Shown: positions 45,943 to 55,492 of the stretch, in pieces
Layout of the letters: each line of letters starts with the position of its first letter
Position numbering within the stretch: position 1 is the first letter of the stretch
Assembly (NCBI GenBank): GCA_017504995.1
Contig: JAFVQC010000048.1
Location: 58,946-122,945, forward strand
DNA from: Clostridia bacterium
GTDB taxonomy: Bacteria; Bacillota; Clostridia; Oscillospirales; CAG-272
Direction of reading: 5' to 3'
Length of the DNA: 64,000 bases
Notes under the pieces: generated by a model
Databases searched by the model: none
What the model was told of the DNA's origin: nothing
What the model saw: only the letters and a program-made list of their open reading frames with translations
Translations under genes and position numbers: made by a program

Positions 45943-48210
45943 TCAGATTTGATTTAACAAAAATATTATATGTTTGTTAGAACCATTTGCTTCATTGTTT
46001 GCAATCTCCAGCCATTGTTTGGCTTGATCAATATATTGGAAATTATTCCAAAAATTCTTTAAGTAAATAGCAAATTCAGCATATTTGATAGCGTGAAAAA
46101 TTTTCCTTTTATCGTTATTAAAGCAACTTTCAAGGATTTCCATCGCCTCTATAAGTCCAGATAACGCAATATCGGTCTTTTTATCTTTATTTGCTTCAAA
46201 AAGTATGATGGCACGCGTATTTTTTATACTAAAATTATTTCTTTGCATATTAATTGCTTTGTCAATGTCACGAAAAGCTTCAGAGTAATTCCCATTTAAT
46301 GCTTTATAAAGTGCCCATTGTTGAAGATTATATGCACTAGAATCAGTATTAAATAATCTTTGATATAAGTTGTTAGCATTTTCACCGAATAGTTGCTTCA
46401 TCATGCGCGCATCATATGCTTTTCTTTTAAATATATGATTTTTATATATAACATGTGGTGGTACATTTTCAATGAATTTTTGGATCACCGCCGAATATTC
46501 TCTATTATAAAATTTCATTAACGCAGCAGAGGAATAATATAGAAACATATTCGATCTTAAACTATAGTAATCTTGGTCAGACATATCAGAAGAAAACTCT
46601 AAATCATATTCCCACAAATAGCTCTTTACTTTTCGAACTTCGTTTTGTATATATTCATAATTACTAGTGTTGAAATAAGAAAAAAGCACATCGGTATTAA
46701 GTAATGATCTATTAACAGATAGATACGTCGTTAATGCTACGATTTCAAATCCTATTTGAGATTGTTCTTTTATCCGTTCAAGAATAATCTTTACTTTTTG
46801 AATTGATAATACTTTATAAACATTATCCGCTACAAATTCAAGCATGGAATATTGTTGATTATCATTGTTGTTATAAGAAAAAGTTCTCTTCTTTATGGCT
46901 TTGGGGATCTTATTATATATTCTTTGAGCTTCCTCTAATTTTAATTCGTGTATATTTACACACTCAAAATTGAAGCCTACAAGTTTATGCTTTGATGATT
47001 CAAAAGCATAGTCGTCAGCAAACCCGATTACTTTAAATTTATTTTGTTCCATCAATAGAGCTATAGCGTCGATGTCATCGCAACAATTATCTATAAAAAT
47101 CGTAATGTCCGTATCGTGATATCGGTTTACAAACAATTTCGCTTGCTCGTAGGTAATGCTATTCATAACGACTTTATTGTCAACTATTATTTTTGAAGCT
47201 AACTGCATTAACATTGTTGTTTTTCCCGAAAATGGAATTCCGATGCATAACAAATTTTTAGTTGTTAGATATTTCTCATATGCCAAATTAACGTATTTAG
47301 TTTCATAGGCGTAATTTGCTAATATACAATACCAGTGCGTTTGACCAAGAGAAAAGTAATTTTCTGCAGAAACAACTTCAACTTGGTTTATAGTGGGAAT
47401 TTGATATTCGATTGGTGGTTGAAAAACATTAGATGGTGGTAACACATAATTGTCAAGTTTTTCGTCTATCCACGTTAATAGGCTTTCGGTATCGGCTTCT
47501 ATTACATAACAACCTAGTTCACGAAAATAATTTGCATTCGAATGATTATTATAGCATTGAACCCAGATATTATGCCTCTTTTCTTGAATTACTTTAGATA
47601 TTATACGTTCAACGGCATTGTCATGAAATCCATATCCCATAAACAAAGTAGGAGCTTCAAGGAGTTTGGCATGCATAGTATCAAACAAAGCTCTGTTATC
47701 AACATCTACATTTGCTAATTCGAATTTTCCAAAATATAAGTTGCTTTCATTTTTAACTTCACCATGTAAGGGTATATAAGTTATTATATCTTTATTTTTT
47801 TTACTGGCACCATACCGAGTAATATCATTTAGAAAATATCTTGAACTATTATCTATAACACATTGAATAGTATTATCTATATTAGTAGTTATATACGATT
47901 TAATGGTTATTTTATTTAAAGTATCATATAAAGGATTATACGATGATACTGTATATTTTTCTCTTAAAAAAGATTGAAATAAATCTTTAGATCGCGTAGA
48001 TGCGATATTAGATACTCTTTCCAAGTCACAACTAAAAGATTCGGATATATTGAACATCTTACAGATTTCAGAGCTTAATGCGGTAGCATCAGGTAAAATG
48101 TTTCCATCTTTGTCTGGCAATTTAGAAAAGCCTGCACCTGTAAACAAGTTTATACCATTTTTTAGAGTTTCAATAAAAAGATTTTCATAATCAATAATTG
48201 GTTTCATCAT
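45943..48210 (-). CDS. SIR2-like domain / P-loop NTPase / TPR-like repeat protein (Avs5 / SIR2-STAND-like antiphage candidate)
   Basis: 755 aa. N-terminal SIR2_2-type motifs LFTGAGFSK, YITTNIDN, IPLHGEV, LFMGYGFHDN. Walker A GIPFSGKTTM and Walker B-like ITIFIDNCCDD. Helical TPR-like C-terminus. Confidence 0.75.
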   Translation of the reverse strand: MMKPIIDYENLFIETLKNGINLFTGAGFSKLPDKDGNILPDATALSSEICKMFNISESFSCDLERVSNIASTRSKDLFQSFLREKYTVSSYNPLYDTLNKITIKSYITTNIDNTIQCVIDNSSRYFLNDITRYGASKKNKDIITYIPLHGEVKNESNLYFGKFELANVDVDNRALFDTMHAKLLEAPTLFMGYGFHDNAVERIISKVIQEKRHNIWVQCYNNHSNANYFRELGCYVIEADTESLLTWIDEKLDNYVLPPSNVFQPPIEYQIPTINQVEVVSAENYFSLGQTHWYCILANYAYETKYVNLAYEKYLTTKNLLCIGIPFSGKTTMLMQLASKIIVDNKVVMNSITYEQAKLFVNRYHDTDITIFIDNCCDDIDAIALLMEQNKFKVIGFADDYAFESSKHKLVGFNFECVNIHELKLEEAQRIYNKIPKAIKKRTFSYNNNDNQQYSMLEFVADNVYKVLSIQKVKIILERIKEQSQIGFEIVALTTYLSVNRSLLNTDVLFSYFNTSNYEYIQNEVRKVKSYLWEYDLEFSSDMSDQDYYSLRSNMFLYYSSAALMKFYNREYSAVIQKFIENVPPHVIYKNHIFKRKAYDARMMKQLFGENANNLYQRLFNTDSSAYNLQQWALYKALNGNYSEAFRDIDKAINMQRNNFSIKNTRAIILFEANKDKKTDIALSGLIEAMEILESCFNNDKRKIFHAIKYAEFAIYLKNFWNNFQYIDQAKQWLEIANNEANGSNKHIIFLLNQI

Positions 48211-48604
48211 GCCCTCCGATTGAAAGATTATAATTAATTATAATTAAAATATTATAATTAAAATGTTGTAATATAATTATACCATTTTTTTCGACATTAT
48301 TCAACTGTTTTTTGCTTTTATTTCTATTGTTTGAGTGTTTTGAAACATTCCGCAGTTTATTTAAAGTACGTTATTGCCCCTACAATCTACGTTATTAACT
48401 GATTGGTTAGCAAAAAAGTCGCAAATAAACTTCCTCCAAAGCCGTGTACGAAAGCCTAAAAACACGATATAATGCATTCAGCAAAACTTAATATGATGTG
48501 TTCGACGTAATGGATTTTGCAATGCAATTATATCAAAAGGCTTATATTTCAAGGCTTTGGGCGGCAGCTATTCACCCCGAAGCTATAGTTAAAGCTCCTG
48601 AAGC

Positions 48605-48697
48605 GTAGAGATGATGGGACTCATCGGCGCAGGTAACAACCCCATGGTCGGTATGACTGTAGCGGTTGCGGTTGCGATCGAAGAGGCAAGCAAATAA
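48605..48697 (+). pseudogene. orphan 3' fragment (30 codons plus stop) of the GGGtGRT gene
   Basis: Encodes VEMMGLIGAGNNPMVGMTVAVAVAIEEASK, identical to the end of 34768-35766. An in-frame TGA lies at 48599-48601. Confidence 0.85.
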
Positions 48698-48728
48698 GTC
48701 TTGCGGCGTAAGGCTTTTTGAACGATTC

Positions 48729-48776
48729 GTAGGGGCGAACTGCGTTCGCCCGCGGGCGTTCACAGAACGCCCCTAC
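48729..48776. repeat. GTAGGG-family palindromic element
   Basis: GTAGGGGCG..CGCCCCTAC outer stem enclosing two inner hairpins (GCGAACTGCGTTCGC; GGGCGTTCACAGAACGCCC). Confidence 0.8.
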
Positions 48777-48798
48777 AAACAAAATAAATAAAAAAGTT

Positions 48799-48848
48799 GG
48801 ACACATCATTTTCGCGTTTTGCGAGAGGATGTGTCCGATATTTTTATG
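48799..48848 (+). terminator. terminator (host-side copy) after the orphan gene fragment
   Basis: GGACACATC (48799-48807) / GATGTGTCC (48828-48836) followed by GATATTTTTAT. Confidence 0.65.
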
Positions 48849-48901
48849 TATAAGACGTGATCAACAAAAAGCAGAGCAGAAGTATATGTCAGAAGAATGG
48901 T

Positions 48902-49846
48902 TTAATTGTTGTGACAGTTTGTGATGTGTTCAATAAATTTTTGGCAGGCAATAGAACGATATTGATTTTTCTTTTGATAGAAGTAAATATTTCTCGCAAT
49001 TTCTGAATCGCTCAAGCGATAATATCGCATAGGGGCGTGTGGCTCCATATTTTTTACAAGCGTATCACTGACGAAGCAGATTCCCAATCCCGAGGAGGAA
49101 ATGTTATAGGCGGTGATCTGCTGGTCAAGTCGAAACAGGATATTGGGGTTTATAAGATGCTTTTTGAAGAGAAAATCTGCTCGATTCCCCGTGTCGTTTT
49201 CAGAATTGAGCAAAACAAACGGAAGATCCGCAAACCGTTCTAGCTCTACGGCGTATTTGGCGTCGAGATGCATTCCTGCTTTTACCTCTGTTGTACGCAA
49301 AGCAAAAGCCCCCATTTCCGCATGGATGGAAAAGCTATCGGGTACGGCGAGGAGAAGTATCTCTGAAGCGCAGATGGTATGAAAAAGAGCTTCGTTTTTC
49401 AGCATTACGTTGTCGATCACCAGATCAAGCTCGCCTGCTGCAAGATCACGCATAAGATTTTTGGTGTTATTTTCAAATATTTTTATTCGAACGCGCGGAT
49501 GTTTTTTGTTAAAATCAGCGATCATGCGAGGTAACATAAACGCAGAAAACAAGCTGCTTGCCCCGATTTTGATTTCTCCTATGGAAAGATTGACCAGATC
49601 GCTGATATATTGCTCCAGTTCCCGTTCAATTCTTTCAATCTCGTTGGCTCGCTGCACGTATTCTTTTCCTGCTTCTGTGAGGGCAATGGGATTGCTTGTA
49701 CGGTCAAAGATCGGAACAGTCAATTTCTCCTCGATCCGCTTGACGGTAGCGCTTAACGAGGGCTGTGAAATATAAAGCTTTTCTGCTGCTTTGGAGATTC
49801 CTCCCTCTCGAACGATCGCCAATACGTATTCTTTGTTTCTAAACAT
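48902..49846 (-). CDS. LysR family transcriptional regulator
   Basis: N-terminal HTH ..GGISKAAEKLYISQPSLSATVKRIE... Start at the Met preceded by GGAGGAAC. Divergent from aspA. Confidence 0.9.
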   Translation of the reverse strand: MFRNKEYVLAIVREGGISKAAEKLYISQPSLSATVKRIEEKLTVPIFDRTSNPIALTEAGKEYVQRANEIERIERELEQYISDLVNLSIGEIKIGASSLFSAFMLPRMIADFNKKHPRVRIKIFENNTKNLMRDLAAGELDLVIDNVMLKNEALFHTICASEILLLAVPDSFSIHAEMGAFALRTTEVKAGMHLDAKYAVELERFADLPFVLLNSENDTGNRADFLFKKHLINPNILFRLDQQITAYNISSSGLGICFVSDTLVKNMEPHAPMRYYRLSDSEIARNIYFYQKKNQYRSIACQKFIEHITNCHNN

Positions 49847-49963
49847 AGTTCCTCCATATAACTTTTGAGTTATGAAAATCATATCCGAATATGTATTTGA
49901 TTATATCACGTTTGCGTGATATAATCAATAGGAAATCAAATTTTTTCTTGAAAGGAACGAAAA

Positions 49964-51343
49964 ATGAAGACATACAGAGAGGAACGGGACTCCATTGGAG
50001 TGAGAAAAATCCCCCAAGAGGTTTATTACGGCGTGCAGAGCCTGCGCGGAGCAGAAAATTTCAAGATTACGGGAAGAGGCGTGCATTCCGAGATGATTCG
50101 GGCAATCGTGGAATTAAAGAAGGCAGCCGCCATCACGAACAGGGAGGTAGGGGTATTGGATGAACGTATCGCCGATGCGATCATCACTGCCTGCGATGAG
50201 ATCCTTGAAGGTAAATTGCTTGAAAATTTCATCATAGATGCCATTCAGGGCGGAGCGGGTACGTCGGTCAATATGAACGCAAACGAAGTCATAGCCAATC
50301 GGTCGATCGAGATACTTGGCGGAGCAAAGGGAGATTACGGAATCGTTCACCCGAACGATCACGTGAACTGCAGTCAATCCACCAATGACGTTATTCCCAG
50401 CGCGGGACGCATTGCAACAGTAAGGCTTTTCATGCAAGCGATCCATTCTTTGAAAAAACTGCAAAATGCTTTTGCCGAAAAATCCAACGAATTCAAAAAT
50501 GTTATAAAAATGGGACGCACCGAGATGCAGGATGCCGTTCCGATCAGCTTTGGTCAGGTGTTTGGGGCATACGCCGCTGCTCTTTCGCGTGATATTCAAA
50601 GATTTTCTCTTGCCATTGAGGAGATGTCGGTCATCAATATGGGCGGGACAGCCATTGGAACGGGAATCAATGCGCATCCCGACTATGTGAAAGGTATTAC
50701 AACCAATATTCGCATCGTAACCGGGCTTTCTCTCATGCAGGCTGACGACCTGATCGATGCCACGCAAAATCTCGATTCCTTCGTTTTCGTTTCGGGTATC
50801 GTAAAATCTTGCGCTGTCACACTTTCCAAAATTGCCAACGATCTTCGGATGATGTCCTCGGGACCGCGGACGGGATTTGGAGAGATCAATCTTCTGCCAA
50901 AGCAAAACGGCTCTTCCATCATGCCCGGAAAGGTCAATCCCGTTATGCCCGAGGTGATGAATCAGATATGCTTCAACGTGATCGGAAACGATACTGCCGT
51001 AACCCTTGCAGCCGAGGCGGGACAGCTTGAGCTTAATGCGTTTGAACCCGTTTTGTTCTATCGTTTGTTTGAATCGATTGAAACTCTTAAAAACGGTATA
51101 GAGGTTTTTCGGAGCGAATGTATCGAGGGGATCACGGTCAACGTAGACAAGTGTCGTAACGACGTTGAAAACAGTATAGGGATCATTACCGCGCTTTGTC
51201 CTTACATCGGGTATACGGAAGCCGCGCATATCGCCAAACGCGCGTTGCGGGAAGGAAGAAGCGTGAGAGAGCTTGTGGTTGAGGAAAGGCTCATGTCTGC
51301 CGAAAAGCTCAACGGAATTTTGGATCCCCTTAAGATGATTTGA
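49964..51343 (+). CDS. aspA: aspartate ammonia-lyase (fumarase/aspartase class II family)
   Basis: 459 aa. GSSIMPGKVNPVMPE signature and an N-terminus resembling AspA. Aspartase versus fumarase specificity is not provable here. Confidence 0.8.
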   Translation: MKTYREERDSIGVRKIPQEVYYGVQSLRGAENFKITGRGVHSEMIRAIVELKKAAAITNREVGVLDERIADAIITACDEILEGKLLENFIIDAIQGGAGTSVNMNANEVIANRSIEILGGAKGDYGIVHPNDHVNCSQSTNDVIPSAGRIATVRLFMQAIHSLKKLQNAFAEKSNEFKNVIKMGRTEMQDAVPISFGQVFGAYAAALSRDIQRFSLAIEEMSVINMGGTAIGTGINAHPDYVKGITTNIRIVTGLSLMQADDLIDATQNLDSFVFVSGIVKSCAVTLSKIANDLRMMSSGPRTGFGEINLLPKQNGSSIMPGKVNPVMPEVMNQICFNVIGNDTAVTLAAEAGQLELNAFEPVLFYRLFESIETLKNGIEVFRSECIEGITVNVDKCRNDVENSIGIITALCPYIGYTEAAHIAKRALREGRSVRELVVEERLMSAEKLNGILDPLKMI

Positions 51344-51474
51344 GTTGTTATTCGGATTGTTGTTAAAATATATATCCGATATTTTTGAAATCCGAAAATT
51401 TGTATCTTCCTCCTCTTGTTTTTTCGTCCGAATTATGCTATAATAAATCGATTCTAAATGACAAAGGAGCAGAT

Positions 51475-53235
51475 ATGAAACAAGAACGAAAGACGGGAAG
51501 TCTAACTCTGATCAAGCGTTTCCTTCCTTATTATAAAAAATACAAATGGGTGATGGTGTTGGATCTGTTTTGCGCCGCGTTGACCACGCTGTGCGAGCTG
51601 ATTCTTCCTCTGATCGTTCGCGAGATCACGGACGGGGCGACCGCCGTGCCCATGACGCTGACGGTTACGCTGGTGCTTCGTTTGGGCGCGTTGTATCTTA
51701 TTTTGCGGATCATTGATACCGTGGCGAATTATTACATGGCGTCCGTCGGACACATTATGGGAACGAAGATCGAAACCGATATGCGCCGTGACTTTTTCGG
51801 GCATCTGCAAAAGCTCTCCTTTTCCTATTACGACAACGCCAAGGTGGGTACGCTGATGTCAAGGATCACCAGCGATCTCTTTGACGTGACCGAGTTTTCT
51901 CACCACTGTCCCGAGGAATTTTTCATTGCGGGTATTAAGATCGTTTGCGCGTTTGTGATCCTTTGTACCATGAGTGTTCCGCTGACGCTGATCGTCTTTG
52001 CCTCCATTCCGTTGATGCTGGTGGTGCTTTCCAAATTCAACGGACGGATGCGGGCAGGCTTCCGCGCCTCCCGCGTGCAGATCGGAGAGCTGAATTCCTC
52101 GGTGGAGGATAGTCTGGTGGGCATTCGCGTGGTCAAATCCTTTGCCAACGAGGCGGTGGAGGAAGAAAAATTCGAGGAGGGAAACCAGAAATTTCTCGCC
52201 ATCAAGAAAAAAGTGTATCACGCCATGGCGGGCTTTCAGTCCACCACGCGGTTCTTTGACGGCTTGATGTATATCATCGTCGTAGTGGTCGGAGCGCTCT
52301 TTATGATTCGCGGAAAGATCGGCGCGGGGGACTACGTGGCGTATCTGATGTTCGTGACCACCCTGCTCAACTCCATTCGGCGGATCGTAGAGTTTGCCGA
52401 GCAGTTCCAACGCGGCATGACGGGCATAGAACGATTTTATGAGATTATGGATATCGAGCCGGAAATCACCGATGCGAAGAACGCGACCAAAGCCGAAAGC
52501 CTTCGGGGAGAGGTGGAATTCCGCAACGTGACCTTCCGCTATGAGACCGAAAACAAAAACGTTCTGACCAATCTGAATCTGTCGGTCAGGGCAGGGGAGA
52601 GCATTGCCTTGGTTGGTCCTTCGGGTGGAGGAAAGACCACGCTTTGCTCGCTGATTCCCCGATTTTACGAGGTATCCGACGGAGAGATTTTGTTGGACGG
52701 GATCAATATTAAGGACTTGGCGCTGACCTCGCTTCGAGAAAACGTCGGCGTGGTTGCCCAGGACGTGTATTTGTTCTCTGGCAGTATTCGTGAAAATATC
52801 GCTTATGGAAAGAGGAACGCCACCGAGGAGGAGATCGTAGCGGCTGCCAAAATGGCGGGCGCGCACGAGTTTATAGAGTCTCTGCCCAACGGGTACGATA
52901 CCTACGTGGGCGAGCGAGGGGTGAAGCTGTCGGGCGGACAAAAGCAGCGCGTTTCCATTGCCCGTGTCTTTTTGAAAAATCCCCCCGTGCTGATTATGGA
53001 CGAGGCGACCAGCGCGCTGGACAACGAAAGCGAGAAGCTGGTGCAGGAATCCTTGGAGAAGCTGGCGCGGGGACGGACTACCTTTACCATCGCGCACCGC
53101 CTGACCACGGTGCGGAACGCAGACCGTATTCTGGTGCTGACCGAGGACGGCATCGCCGAATCGGGGACTCACGAGGAATTGGTGAAACAAGGCGGCATCT
53201 ACGCCGAGCTGTATCGGCTTTACGCCACGATGTAA
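51475..53235 (+). CDS. ABC exporter, fused permease/ATP-binding protein (MsbA/LmrA-like)
   Basis: Six-TM domain plus NBD with GPSGGGKTT, LSGGQKQR, LIMDEATSALD. Start at the Met after AAAGGAG. Confidence 0.9.
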   Translation: MKQERKTGSLTLIKRFLPYYKKYKWVMVLDLFCAALTTLCELILPLIVREITDGATAVPMTLTVTLVLRLGALYLILRIIDTVANYYMASVGHIMGTKIETDMRRDFFGHLQKLSFSYYDNAKVGTLMSRITSDLFDVTEFSHHCPEEFFIAGIKIVCAFVILCTMSVPLTLIVFASIPLMLVVLSKFNGRMRAGFRASRVQIGELNSSVEDSLVGIRVVKSFANEAVEEEKFEEGNQKFLAIKKKVYHAMAGFQSTTRFFDGLMYIIVVVVGALFMIRGKIGAGDYVAYLMFVTTLLNSIRRIVEFAEQFQRGMTGIERFYEIMDIEPEITDAKNATKAESLRGEVEFRNVTFRYETENKNVLTNLNLSVRAGESIALVGPSGGGKTTLCSLIPRFYEVSDGEILLDGINIKDLALTSLRENVGVVAQDVYLFSGSIRENIAYGKRNATEEEIVAAAKMAGAHEFIESLPNGYDTYVGERGVKLSGGQKQRVSIARVFLKNPPVLIMDEATSALDNESEKLVQESLEKLARGRTTFTIAHRLTTVRNADRILVLTEDGIAESGTHEELVKQGGIYAELYRLYATM

Positions 53236-53489
53236 TGAGCAACGATACCATCGCTTGGCGCTGGCAAGGGCGTTTTTGTAAATAAAACAAAAGTCGGACA
53301 CGTCGTGGGGGAACGTTCCCTTGTGACGTGTCCGTTTGACTGCGCCGTTCGTTTGATTTGGGACGGTTGAGCGTTTCGGCTTTCTTTTTGGGCGACTTGA
53401 AAAAACAGACTTGACAAACCACGCTATTTGTGATAGGATAACAATATAGAGGTCGTATCGAAATAAACGTGGCGAAAGGGGAAACGGTA

Positions 53490-55400
53490 ATGAAATCAAA
53501 GCTGCTTGCATTACTGATGTGTCTTTTTATGTTGACGAATTTAATTGCCTGCCAATCAAAGGGAAATCCGTCGGATTCCGTCGGATTGGGAGGAGCGCCC
53601 GATTTGAACGAAGAAACGACGATGGATGCGGTCGGACCGACGGGAGAAGAACCGCCCGCGCCACTCAAGCTGCTTGCGTTCAGCTCCCCTAACGCGCCCG
53701 CTTCGCTTCCGAGCAGTACGGCGGGGATAGAGGGCGTATTCATTGCTGATTTTGAAAATCCGGACGATTATTTTCAGGCAACGGCATCGGGAGATTCGCT
53801 TGACGTGACCTTGAACCGCGACGGAAGTGTGAAAAGGTTTGGAAATCAGTATTGCTCCAGGGCGGAGATCGATGCCTGTTCTTCTACGACGGCGGGCTTG
53901 AAGATTTACGCCAGAACCGGACAAAATCTATCGATGCAGTCGGATTTCTATGTTAAAAACCGCCCGGATATGAGAGACTATACGGGTGTGATGCTTTACG
54001 TGGATACTACGAACGTAGTATCTCCCAACTCCACGTATATTTCCGATCCCAACGATACGAAAAAGTATACCGCGGTCAGCGTCAATCTGATCTTGTCGTC
54101 TTCCGCGGATACGGCGTTGCTGCCCGAGAATTACACCGATTCCGTAGAAAGCTTTTTCTCGTATTTTAACGAAACTGCCAGAACGGTTGAGGCGTATTAC
54201 TACGATAGCGCGGCAGGGGCGTGGGTTCGTTCTGCCAACGCATTCGCTTCCAAGCACGTCATTCTCGTTCCCGAAAACTACACGGGTTACGTTTACGTTC
54301 CTTTTGCGTCGTATTATAATAGCAAGCAAACCTCGACCTCCATGGTGGATTATTTCGAAGAGGGCTACTGTTATACGGCAAAAATGTGCGTCCATACGGG
54401 TGGATATAACAAAACCGAGCCGACGAATGCCTATATTTCGATTGACGATATTGCGTTTGTCAGATCGGCAGGCTCCAATCCGAGAACAGATTACGAAAAG
54501 GAGGATACGGAAAACGTGGTTCGGGTCGATGATCCCAACGCGCCGACGGCAACGGTATCTTTCGTGCTAAAGCAGAGTGGCGCGGGCGCGAATAAAAGCT
54601 ATGAATATTCCGTTGGAAAAACGATCTATTCCTCGGATATTCCCAAAACGCCCAACGTAGGAAACTTCGCGTTTAATTGCTGGACCTCGGACGAGAGAGG
54701 ACTGATCCCTTGTAATCCAAAGGATTACGTGATCACGGGAGACGTGACGTTTTACGGGCACTGGTTTGACAATACCTATTCCTACGCTACCTCGGCAACC
54801 GAAATCGAGATGCGAGATGGAGGCGTATATTCCTTGCCGAAGGGTAAGGTGATCTTCTACGGCGCGTCGAATTTCACCAGATGGACGACGCTGGAAGCCG
54901 ACATGAAGCCCGATATTGACGCGTTGAACCACGGAATCGGCGGCGCTACCGATCTGATCCTCTTGCATCATTTGGATCGACTGGTGCTTCGGTATGAGCC
55001 GTCGGCGGTGGTGATCCAATGCAGTAACAACGACGTGGTAAAATACACCGACGAGCAATGCAAGCAGACCAAGGAGCAGCTTTACAATCGGATCCACGAG
55101 GCGCTTCCCAATACGAAGATTATCTTCGTTTCCCATATGCCGCTTCCTAACCGTACGGAGTATTGGAAAACCTCCAATCGCTTGCAAGATCTGAACGTAT
55201 GGGTCAAGAGCTTTTGCGAGTCCCATAATAACTGCGAATATCTTGACGTTTTCGACGCGATCCTTGAGATTGCCAACGTATATCTTTCCGGTAATCCCTC
55301 GGCATATTTCGATGCTACCAATCATTTCAACGCCGCGGGTCAGGCGAAATTCTGCGCAGCGCTGAAGCCGGAGATTCTTCGGATCATGGCGGCCCAATAA
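53490..55400 (+). CDS. secreted lipoprotein with Listeria-Bacteroides-type repeat and C-terminal SGNH hydrolase domain
   Basis: Signal peptide with lipobox LIAC. C-terminal ..FYGASNF.., GIGGATD, ..NDVV.. SGNH blocks. Confidence 0.7.
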   Translation: MKSKLLALLMCLFMLTNLIACQSKGNPSDSVGLGGAPDLNEETTMDAVGPTGEEPPAPLKLLAFSSPNAPASLPSSTAGIEGVFIADFENPDDYFQATASGDSLDVTLNRDGSVKRFGNQYCSRAEIDACSSTTAGLKIYARTGQNLSMQSDFYVKNRPDMRDYTGVMLYVDTTNVVSPNSTYISDPNDTKKYTAVSVNLILSSSADTALLPENYTDSVESFFSYFNETARTVEAYYYDSAAGAWVRSANAFASKHVILVPENYTGYVYVPFASYYNSKQTSTSMVDYFEEGYCYTAKMCVHTGGYNKTEPTNAYISIDDIAFVRSAGSNPRTDYEKEDTENVVRVDDPNAPTATVSFVLKQSGAGANKSYEYSVGKTIYSSDIPKTPNVGNFAFNCWTSDERGLIPCNPKDYVITGDVTFYGHWFDNTYSYATSATEIEMRDGGVYSLPKGKVIFYGASNFTRWTTLEADMKPDIDALNHGIGGATDLILLHHLDRLVLRYEPSAVVIQCSNNDVVKYTDEQCKQTKEQLYNRIHEALPNTKIIFVSHMPLPNRTEYWKTSNRLQDLNVWVKSFCESHNNCEYLDVFDAILEIANVYLSGNPSAYFDATNHFNAAGQAKFCAALKPEILRIMAAQ

Positions 55401-55430
55401 CGGCATCTAAAACGAAAATACAAAGCTGAA

Positions 55431-55475
55431 AAAAGCGTATCCGTGAAGCTCTTTCACGGATACGCGAATTTTTAT
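55431..55475. terminator. bidirectional terminator between convergent genes
   Basis: GCGTATCCGTGAA (55435-55447) / TTCACGGATACGC (55453-55465), flanked by A and T runs. Confidence 0.8.
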
Positions 55476-55492
55476 TACGTGCTTTGTCCCAC

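Larger units (their letters stand above)
35673..48603. mobile_element. ~12.9-kb AT-rich integrative island (tyrosine integrase; defence-gene cargo) in the 3' end of the GGGtGRT gene
   Basis: Repeat offset is 12,931 bp. There is an abrupt composition shift visible by eye. Contents include an integrase, a serine recombinase and a Rep-like gene. The exact crossover point within the repeat is unknown. Confidence 0.8.
48604..48848 (+). repeat. right direct repeat (attR region) of the island
   Basis: Aligns to 35673-35902. It contains a host-type GTAGGG palindrome between the gene fragment and the terminator. Confidence 0.85.

Noticed and set aside
48226-48290. Possible CRISPR array or minisatellite
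   Set aside because: The units are only ~12 nt, contiguous without spacers and pure AT. No cas genes are present anywhere in the window.
51859-53511. 550-aa ORF antisense to the ABC exporter; also 60877-62376, 62441-63211, 58079-59377 and 59793-60758 antisense to the right-flank genes
   Set aside because: The opposite-strand genes have clear motifs (Walker A/B, signal peptides, the FAD motif). These ORFs are compositional artefacts.
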